From Eubacteriales bacterium (GTDB lineage: Bacteria; Bacillota; Clostridia; Oscillospirales; JAAYXM01), in the NCBI GenBank assembly GCA_045586595.1, contig JAZNAQ010000022.1:1605-65604 (forward strand): a stretch of 64,000 nt of DNA. Direction: 5' to 3'. Each line of letters starts with the position of its first letter. Within the stretch, counting starts at the first letter, position 1. This document shows positions 56,279-63,755 of this stretch, piece after piece. The notes under the pieces are model-generated. The model was given only the letters and a program-made list of their open reading frames with translations. It had not been told where the DNA came from and made no database searches. The position numbers and the translations under genes were made by a program.

Positions 56279-58546
56279 TCAAAGTTTATTCCTCTGAATT
56301 TTACCGCTTATTGTCTTGGGGAGTTCATCACGGAATACAACAAGGCGCGGGTATTTATACGGCGCTGTATGCTCCTTGACGTAGTTCTGGATTTCTTTCT
56401 TAAGCTCTTCCGTCGGCTCCGTCCCCTTTGTAAGAACAATGCTTGCCTTTACAATCTGACCGCGGAGCTCATCGGGAGCTGCAGAAACGCCGCACTCGAG
56501 AACATACGGAAGCTCCATAATGACACTCTCAATCTCACACGGCCCGATGCGGTAACCGGATGATTTGATAACATCGTCAATTCGGCTGACATACCAGAAA
56601 TAGCCGTCCTCATCACGCCATGCGGTATCTTCTGTGTGGTACATTCCGCCACGCATACACTCTTCCATTTTTTCTTCATCATCAAGATACTGTCTGAAGA
56701 GGCCAACAGGAGTTCCGTTATCAAGGCGTACAACAATTTCACCGACCTCACCATTTGCAACCGGGTTGCCGTCGAGGTCAACAATATCAATATCATACTG
56801 CGGAGATGCCTTGCCCATTGCGCCTACGCGCGGAGTCGTACCATAGAGGTTTGCGATAACAAGGGTTGTTTCTGTTTGGCCGAAGCCCTCCATTATCTTA
56901 AGGCCTGTTGCCTTTTCAAATTGCTTATACACTTCGGGGTTGAGTGCCTCTCCTGCTGTTGTCATATGGTGGATGGAGGAAAGGTCGTATTTTGAAAGGT
57001 CTTCTTTTATGAACATACGAAGCATTGTTGGCGGCGCGCAGAAGGTTGTGATGTTGTATTTTGCAAACATCGGGAGAATTTCGTTTGCAGAAAAGCGGTC
57101 AAAGTCGTAAACGAATACTGCCCCCTCGCAGAGCCATTGGCCATAGAGCTTACCCCAGAGGGATTTGCCCCAGCCTGTGTCAGAGATTGTAAAGTGGAGC
57201 CCATCACGCTCGCAGCAGTGCCAGTATTTTGCAGTCACAAAGTGACCAAGGCCGTATGTGTGCTTATGCTCGACCATTTTCGGGTTACCTGTTGTTCCCG
57301 ACGAGAAGAACATAAGAGCCGCCTCATCGCCGCAGGGGGTATCATCGCTTCTGTCAAAGTGGCTTGAGAACATTGCATATTCGCTGTCAAAATCATGCCA
57401 GCCATCGCGATGACCGCCGACAAGTACAAGAGTTTTTACACTCGGGCATTTCTTTGCTGCAGCCTCTGCGATTGTAGCCGTATCATCATCAGCGGTGCAG
57501 ACAACAGCCTTTACGTTTGCCGCCTCATAGCGGTATACAAAGTCGTGGTCCTTAAGCTGATGTGTTGCAGGGATTGCAACAGCACCGAGCTTATGAAGCG
57601 CAACCATCGCAAACCAGAACTGATAATGGCGCTTGAGAACAAGCATTACGCGGTCACCCTGACCGATGCCGAGTGACTTGAAATAGTTTGCACATCGTGC
57701 CGATTCTTTTCTTATATCATCAAATGTAAAGCGGCGCTCAACCATGTTCTTGTCAACATGGAGCATCGCAAGCTTATCGGGAGTTTTCTTTGCAATTTCG
57801 TCGACAACATCGAAGCCGAAGTTGAATGTATCAGTATTCATAAACTCGATTTTTTCGAGTACGCCCGGCTCGCTCTCTGTACATTTTACAAACTTCTCAC
57901 ACGCGAGCTTTGTTGCCGGACGAAGAGATACAACGCTCTCGCGCACTTCTTCTTCCTTTGCATCCTCTCCAGGGAGAACTACTGCACAGAATACGCAGTC
58001 TTCACCGTTTACAGCTATCATACCGTGCGGTGTGGAGCTGTTATAGTAGATGCTGTCACCCTCGCTTAAAACTTCGGTGTGAGTGCCGACCTGAACCTTG
58101 AGCGAGCCCTTGAGAACGAGGTCAAACTCCTGCCCGCTATGCTTTGTAAGGTGTATCGGCTTATTCTGCTGCTCCTCAGAGTATTCATATCTTACCCAAT
58201 AGGGCTCAGCTATTTTGTTTTTAAACTTCGGGGCAAGGTTTGAAATGCTGATACCCTCCTCTTTAGCCGTCTCCTGCCCCTTGCCCTTACGAGTTACGGT
58301 GTAAGAGGAAAGATGCGCCGTGCGGCCCTCCAAAAGTTCTGTAAGCTCAATACCAAAGGCAAGCGCGCATTTGTGAAGAAACGAGAACGGCATATCCGCC
58401 GCACCGTTTTCGAACTTTTTGTATTCATCAAGTGTTACTTCGGTTTTCTCTGCCATCTGGTTTGCAGTCATACCCATAACCTCACGCATCTCACGGATGC
58501 GGGCTGCAACCTCGCCGAGTTGTGTCATAGTTTTTTCTGTGCTCAT
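56279..58546 (-). CDS. XRE-HTH + cupin + acyl-CoA synthetase (AMP-forming) fusion, paralog 2 (behind the Ile T-box)
   Basis: 755 aa from ATG 58546 (MSTEKT..., RBS AAAGGAG). Same architecture as paralog 1, with the C-terminal ~85 aa nearly identical. Confidence 0.85.
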   Translation of the reverse strand: MSTEKTMTQLGEVAARIREMREVMGMTANQMAEKTEVTLDEYKKFENGAADMPFSFLHKCALAFGIELTELLEGRTAHLSSYTVTRKGKGQETAKEEGISISNLAPKFKNKIAEPYWVRYEYSEEQQNKPIHLTKHSGQEFDLVLKGSLKVQVGTHTEVLSEGDSIYYNSSTPHGMIAVNGEDCVFCAVVLPGEDAKEEEVRESVVSLRPATKLACEKFVKCTESEPGVLEKIEFMNTDTFNFGFDVVDEIAKKTPDKLAMLHVDKNMVERRFTFDDIRKESARCANYFKSLGIGQGDRVMLVLKRHYQFWFAMVALHKLGAVAIPATHQLKDHDFVYRYEAANVKAVVCTADDDTATIAEAAAKKCPSVKTLVLVGGHRDGWHDFDSEYAMFSSHFDRSDDTPCGDEAALMFFSSGTTGNPKMVEHKHTYGLGHFVTAKYWHCCERDGLHFTISDTGWGKSLWGKLYGQWLCEGAVFVYDFDRFSANEILPMFAKYNITTFCAPPTMLRMFIKEDLSKYDLSSIHHMTTAGEALNPEVYKQFEKATGLKIMEGFGQTETTLVIANLYGTTPRVGAMGKASPQYDIDIVDLDGNPVANGEVGEIVVRLDNGTPVGLFRQYLDDEEKMEECMRGGMYHTEDTAWRDEDGYFWYVSRIDDVIKSSGYRIGPCEIESVIMELPYVLECGVSAAPDELRGQIVKASIVLTKGTEPTEELKKEIQNYVKEHTAPYKYPRLVVFRDELPKTISGKIQRNKL

Positions 58547-58597
58547 TGCATTTTCTCCTTTCAAATTAAAAACCTTAAAATTTTTAATTGAATAACA

Positions 58598-58879
58598 AAG
58601 ACTCGTCTCAAAGCTTTTATACTTTGAGACGAGCCGAATAAACTATATCCGATACCCGCGGTACCACTCAAATTGCGCTTTACGCGCCACTCAGGCTCAA
58701 ACAAGCCTTATGCATTAACGCAGCAATCACGGAAAGCGTCTACTCGTCAAATCAAACTTTCGGGCTTCCAGCTCAGAAGTGATAGGCAAAAAACATTTCG
58801 CTACCGGGATTACACCGTCCCCGACTCTCTGTAAGCTACCTTGCTTTTCCGTCTTCGTCATAGCCTTTGCTATTCAATT
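58598..58879 (-). promoter_or_regulatory. T-box riboswitch, specifier AUC (Ile)
   Basis: Promoter TTGACA (58914-58909), 17 nt spacer, TAAACT (58891-58886). Stem I has AUGACGAAG, AGAGAG and a GGUGUAA distal loop. Specifier loop GCCU-AUC-A-CUUC (plus 58781-58783). T-box UUUGAGUGGUACCGCGGG (58655-58674). Terminator GGCUCGUCUCAAAG...CUUUGAGACGAGUC plus U run (58598-58635). Confidence 0.85.
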
Positions 58880-58924
58880 GAATACAGTTTACACCTGTTT
58901 TTTCTCTTTGTCAAGACCTTTTTG

Positions 58925-61384
58925 TTATTTTTTAAGACCAAGAATTTTCTCTGATTCCTCACGCATTTTATATTTAAGAATCTTACCCGCGGCGTTCATT
59001 GGGAACTCATTGACAAACAAGAAATATCTCGGCACCTTATGGCGCGCGATAGACGCGTTTCCGAACTCGCGCATCTCTGCCTCGTCGGAGGTTTCGCCCT
59101 TATGGAGAATAATCCACGCGCAACATTCCTCACCGTAACGCTCATCGGGAACTCCTACAATCTGAACATCTCGTATCTTCGGATTTGTCAGGTAGAACTC
59201 CTCAATTTCACGCGGATAGAGGTTTTCGCCACCGCGGATAATCATGTCCTTAAGTCGGCCTGTTACCTTATAATATCCGTCAGGCGTACGGCAACAAATA
59301 TCACCGGAGTGAAGCCAGCCGTCAGCATCAATAGTCTGTGCTGTTGCGTTGGGCATTTTGTAGTAGCCCTTCATTATGTTAAAGCCTCGCGCAACAAACT
59401 CGCCGCTCTCACCGTCAGGAAGCTCCTCACCCGTTTCAGGATCAATGACCTTACACTCAACACCCGGGAAAGCACTTCCGACAGTCTCGACCCTGTGGTC
59501 GAGGTCTTCATTAACCTCTCCCATGGTACAGCCGGGAGAAGCCTCAGTCTGGCCGTAAACGGAGATAATCTCGCGCATATTCATCTCAACAGAGGCACGG
59601 CGCATAAGGTCAGCAGGGCAGTTTGCTCCCGCCATGATGCCCGTACGCATATATGAAAAATCTGTCTTTTCAAAGTCAGGGTGGTTAAACATTGCGATAA
59701 ACATAGTAGGAACACCGTTAAAGCATGTGATATGCTCATCGTTAACGCACGCAAGTGACGATTTCGGTGAGAAGTACGGCATCGGGCAAAGCGTGCCGCC
59801 GTGAGTCATCATTGACGTCATCGAAAGCACCATTCCGAAGCAGTGGAACATCGGCACCTGAATCATCATTCGATCGGCAGTGGAAAGGTCCATCCTGTCA
59901 CCGATTGTCTTGCCGTTGTTTACAATATTTCTGTGTGTGAGCATAACGCCCTTCGGGAAACCGGTTGTACCTGAGGTGTATTGCATATTACATACATCGT
60001 CAGGCTTTACCATTGATGCACGACGGCGTACCTCCTCCTTCGGAACAAGTGCCGCGCGGTCAAGCATCTGCCCCCATGTAAGACAGCCGTGCATAGAGAA
60101 GCCAGCAGTAACAACATTGCGTAAAAACGGCAACTTTTTTGAGTAAAGCGCATCGCCCGGCTTCATATTTTCAAGCTCGGGGCAAAGCTCCTGGATGATT
60201 TCGCGGTAGTTTATATCCTTGCAGTCCTCAATCATAACAAGTGTATGGGTGTCAGACTGCTTTAGCAGATACTCAATCTCGTGGATTTTATATGCTGTAT
60301 TAACTGTTACAAGAACTGCCCCTATTTTAGTTGTTGCCCAGAAGGTTATGAACCACTGAGGAACATTTGTAGCCCATACTGCAACATGGTCGCCCGCTTT
60401 TACGCCGAGCGAAATAAGCGCCGCAGCGCACTCGTCGACATCACGCCGAAACTGTGAATATGTCCTTGTATAGTCGAGCGTAGTATACTTAAACGCATAC
60501 TGGTCAGGATAAGTCTCCGCCATGGTATCAAGCACCTGCGAGAAGGTCTTATCTATAACATCATACTTTTTCCATACAAATGTGCCTGTTCCCGCACGGT
60601 TATAATACAACTTATCATACTCTTTCTTCTCGCGTGAAAGGTTTGCAATATAGTTTGCAAAATGAGTAAGAACGATGTCTGCATCATTTATCTCGTCATT
60701 CCATGCAACCGATACAAAGCCGTCGAAGTTAAGAGACGAAAGTGCGTTTATAAACTCGGTTACAGGAAGAGAGCCTTCACCGATGAGGACGTTTTGTCCG
60801 TCCTTCTTATCGCCGAGGCGTACATACTTAATATATGCGCCAAGGTTTGTAATTGTTTTCTCCGCGCTCTCGCCTGCGCCGAAGTATGTTTCGCGGACAT
60901 TCCATGACGCGCCAACTACTGCAGAAGAAAAGAAATTGATAATATCAATGACATTCTCGGTTGCAGAGAGGTGTCCTGCAGTTTCAAGAAGAATCTGAAT
61001 ATCTGTTTCTTCAGCGCGTTTGATTGCCGGAGCGAGCTTTTTTGAAAGTTCTTCGTTTGACATTTTCTCCTCTATCCTGAGGATAATGCGCTCAACACCG
61101 GCGCTTGAAGCCATATTGACATATTTGAGTATTTCATCTGCGCTTGCATAATCACTTCCTGCATCATGAGGATATACAAGAGCGGATACCTCAAGCCCGC
61201 GATTTACGAGTTTTCTCTTTGCATCGGCCACTCTGTCACTGCGGAGAATGCTGTCGTAGTGCTTCTTTCTTTCACCAAGAGCGTCATAAATCTCAAACCC
61301 CGAATAACCGTAGTCATATGCATAACGACACATATCGAGAAACGACGGGCGGTTTACATTTTTTGTCGAAAAGGTAAGCTTCAT
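58925..61384 (-). CDS. Xylose-isomerase-like TIM-barrel domain fused to a FadD-type AMP-forming acyl-CoA ligase
   Basis: 819 aa from ATG 61384 (MKLTFSTK; RBS GAGGAGGA lies inside the upstream gene's end). The N-terminal ~260 aa are AP-endonuclease-2/sugar-isomerase-like. The C-terminal part carries YTSGTTGFPKGV, YGQTE, GWLHSGD and RGGENLYPREIE. Confidence 0.75.
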   Translation of the reverse strand: MKLTFSTKNVNRPSFLDMCRYAYDYGYSGFEIYDALGERKKHYDSILRSDRVADAKRKLVNRGLEVSALVYPHDAGSDYASADEILKYVNMASSAGVERIILRIEEKMSNEELSKKLAPAIKRAEETDIQILLETAGHLSATENVIDIINFFSSAVVGASWNVRETYFGAGESAEKTITNLGAYIKYVRLGDKKDGQNVLIGEGSLPVTEFINALSSLNFDGFVSVAWNDEINDADIVLTHFANYIANLSREKKEYDKLYYNRAGTGTFVWKKYDVIDKTFSQVLDTMAETYPDQYAFKYTTLDYTRTYSQFRRDVDECAAALISLGVKAGDHVAVWATNVPQWFITFWATTKIGAVLVTVNTAYKIHEIEYLLKQSDTHTLVMIEDCKDINYREIIQELCPELENMKPGDALYSKKLPFLRNVVTAGFSMHGCLTWGQMLDRAALVPKEEVRRRASMVKPDDVCNMQYTSGTTGFPKGVMLTHRNIVNNGKTIGDRMDLSTADRMMIQVPMFHCFGMVLSMTSMMTHGGTLCPMPYFSPKSSLACVNDEHITCFNGVPTMFIAMFNHPDFEKTDFSYMRTGIMAGANCPADLMRRASVEMNMREIISVYGQTEASPGCTMGEVNEDLDHRVETVGSAFPGVECKVIDPETGEELPDGESGEFVARGFNIMKGYYKMPNATAQTIDADGWLHSGDICCRTPDGYYKVTGRLKDMIIRGGENLYPREIEEFYLTNPKIRDVQIVGVPDERYGEECCAWIILHKGETSDEAEMREFGNASIARHKVPRYFLFVNEFPMNAAGKILKYKMREESEKILGLKK

Positions 61385-61385
61385 C

Positions 61386-62774
61386 TTAATCCTCCTCAAA
61401 CACTATCTTATTCAGCGCGTTGATATACGCTCTGATGCTTGCTGCCACAATATCAGTAGAGATTCCGTTGCCGGAATAGAGTTTTCCATCCACGCGAAGC
61501 TTTACAACAGCCGAGCCAAGAGCCTCCTTGCCCTCAGTAACGGCATGGATCTGGAAATCGTCAAGCTCATAGTGATAGCCTATGCACTGTTCTATTGCAC
61601 GAAATGCTGAGTCTACAGCGCCGTCACCCATACTTACGCCGCAGAGAATTTCGTCACCGCACTTGAGCGTAACCTGTGACATGGCACTTGTGAGATTGCC
61701 GCAGTTTGTGGTGTAGCTCTCAAGGTGATATGTTGACGGTGCCTGCATGGCAGAGCTTGCTATAAGTGCCTCAAGCTCCTTCGCGCCGACTGTGCTCTTC
61801 TTCTCGCATACCTGCACAAGAGCACGGTATACATTTCCGTTATCCTCATCGGAAAGGTCATATCCGAGAACCTTTGCAGCCTGTGCAACATCTGAAAGCG
61901 TACTGTCGCAATCAAGAACGATTTTTTTCTTCTCACTTGCAGCATCTGCGCTCTCGTAAGCATCATGATTTATCTTTCGGAGCATCTCATCTACACTTGA
62001 ATGTATCTGGGTAGCTACAATAGAAGTGGATATGCCGAGAGCTTCGCCTCTTGCGCTTATTGCGTCAGAGAGCTCGCCTACAGACAAAACATTCTTTCCT
62101 GCCATCGCACACTTAAGCCCGTCAGCCCCTGCCTTTACCGCAGCAATAGCAGTTGCAACAGCCATATTGATACTGTCGGATACCTGAACATATACCGATG
62201 TGTTTACCTGAGCCTTTATTGCAGCGGTAAGCTCTGCAATCTCCTCAGGAAGTGAAACTCCGGCGTCGTCGCAGATAGTTACGATTCCTGCGCCGCTTGC
62301 CTCAGCCGCTTTAACTGCATTAATAATGAAGTCACGGTCTGCACGAGTTGCATCAAGTGCAACAAATTCGACATCGGGGCAGAATTTCTTTGCCTCGGCT
62401 ACAAGCTCTTCAATCTTTGTAAGCATCTTATCTGCCTTGAGATGATATATATACTCCATCTGCACCGTAGAAGTAGGGAGGGCTACCTGAAGGCGCGGCT
62501 TTGCTGCATCTTTTATACACTCCCATGCGACAGACACCTCGTCTGCCGTAAAGCCGACAGGGAGAGCGACTGCGCTGCTTTTAACGTTTGATGCAATCGT
62601 TTTATAAATAATTGTATCCTCGCGAACATTCTTTATTGGCGCAAGCTCAACAGCATCCGCACCGAGAGAATCTGCACACGCCGCTATAGCTGTTTTCTCT
62701 CTGAAGAGCAGTGAAACCTCACGGTCTTGTGAAAGCTCCTTTAACGTGATGTCAGTAACTAAAATTTTCTTCAT
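61386..62774 (-). CDS. 2-isopropylmalate synthase (LeuA) homolog lacking the catalytic and metal-binding residues but retaining the C-terminal LeuA regulatory domain
   Basis: 462 aa, collinear with recalled B. subtilis LeuA. DTTLRDGEQ is replaced by DITLKELSQ, HCHDD by QVSDS, and GIGERAGN by GKNVLSVG. The C-terminus (TEGKEALGSAVVKL...GISTDIVAASIRAYINALNKI) matches the LeuA_dimer domain. Confidence 0.7.
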   Translation of the reverse strand: MKKILVTDITLKELSQDREVSLLFREKTAIAACADSLGADAVELAPIKNVREDTIIYKTIASNVKSSAVALPVGFTADEVSVAWECIKDAAKPRLQVALPTSTVQMEYIYHLKADKMLTKIEELVAEAKKFCPDVEFVALDATRADRDFIINAVKAAEASGAGIVTICDDAGVSLPEEIAELTAAIKAQVNTSVYVQVSDSINMAVATAIAAVKAGADGLKCAMAGKNVLSVGELSDAISARGEALGISTSIVATQIHSSVDEMLRKINHDAYESADAASEKKKIVLDCDSTLSDVAQAAKVLGYDLSDEDNGNVYRALVQVCEKKSTVGAKELEALIASSAMQAPSTYHLESYTTNCGNLTSAMSQVTLKCGDEILCGVSMGDGAVDSAFRAIEQCIGYHYELDDFQIHAVTEGKEALGSAVVKLRVDGKLYSGNGISTDIVAASIRAYINALNKIVFEED

Positions 62775-62820
62775 AGGTAAAACCCCTTTCTCTGCAATTT
62801 AAATTTTCAGATGTTCGACA

Positions 62821-63127
62821 AAAACGCTTTCATCTCTTTGTTATCCTTTAATAACTCAAAGAGACGAAAGCGTTAAAACTCAAGTATTTAAACCTTTCGC
62901 GGTACCACTCTTTTTCATCCTACGGCGAGGATGCACCTCAGGTGCTGACACACCTTGACTCTGTTACGGGAGCTCCCGTCCGCCCCTACTCTCTTTCAAT
63001 TTCACGGCAGCCGCTCCGTGGTGAGTTCAACGAGGCTAACCCAATGCCTTGCACCAACCGGCATCTCTCTGCGCGGGTATAAGCTTTTCGCATACTATTC
63101 CACATCATCGCGTTTGTTTTCAATTTG
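62821..63127 (-). promoter_or_regulatory. T-box riboswitch, specifier CUC (Leu)
   Basis: Promoter TTGACA (63162-63157), 17 nt spacer, TATAAT (63139-63134). Stem I has GCGAUGAUGUGG, the AGUA S-turn, AGAGAG and a GGUGCAA distal loop. Textbook specifier loop GAA-CUC-A-CCAC (plus 63023-63025). T-box AGAGUGGUACCGCGAAAGG (62896-62912). Terminator AACGCUUUC...GAAAGCGUU plus U4 (62821-62874). Confidence 0.9.
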
Positions 63128-63186
63128 GTAAACATTATATCACTGCATTTTTTGTTTGTCAACAGTTTTCAAAAAATTTTATTAAC

Positions 63187-63633
63187 CTAATTCGCGGCTT
63201 GTGTGTTAGATATTATTTCAATCAGTTTTTCATAAAAGCTATTATCCTGCTCTTTTGTGCGCTTGGGCGGGCCTTTGAGCCTGCCGCCTGCGTTTCTTAT
63301 TTTCTTTGCAGTATGGCGAGCAAGAAGCAGAGCGTCAATATTCTCATTTGTGTACTCAAGCCCATCCTGGTTTATACACACTGCCCCTCGAGAGAGCGCC
63401 ATAGAAGCAAGACCGTAGTCCTGCGTTATCACAACGTCACCTTTCGAAACAAAGTTTACAAGGGCAAAGTCCGCACTGTCTGCTCCCTTAGGAACAACAT
63501 GGGTCTCTGCACCGTTTTTATCAAATATATGTGCGGTATCACAAAATATGTGGCAGTCTTTTTTTAAGCTTTGCGCCGCTTTTATCGCAATATCAACAAC
63601 CGGGCATCCGTCGGCATCTATAAGCACTCGCAC
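63187..63633 (-). CDS. YaiI/YqxD (UPF0178, DUF188) family protein
   Basis: 148 aa with the family-typical MRVLIDADGCPVV N-terminus. Confidence 0.78.
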   Translation of the reverse strand: MRVLIDADGCPVVDIAIKAAQSLKKDCHIFCDTAHIFDKNGAETHVVPKGADSADFALVNFVSKGDVVITQDYGLASMALSRGAVCINQDGLEYTNENIDALLLARHTAKKIRNAGGRLKGPPKRTKEQDNSFYEKLIEIISNTQAAN

Positions 63634-63755
63634 ACCATCACCACCTTTATTTTATTGTATCATAAAAATAAATATAAAACAAAATTTTTATACTGAATAA
63701 AAAACCATTTAGTATAGATACTAAATCCGACTACTAAATTTTTGGAGGAATTTAT

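Noticed and set aside
55936-56379. Plus-strand ORF across the Val T-box region, and similarly 58779-59138 across the Ile T-box
   Set aside because: They overlap riboswitch leaders and promoters on the opposite strand. There is no RBS and no recognisable protein features.
63049-63567. 172-aa plus-strand ORF
   Set aside because: It starts inside the Leu T-box Stem I and is antisense to the well-supported yaiI gene. Its composition is hydrophobic and Cys-rich, which is typical of a shadow ORF.
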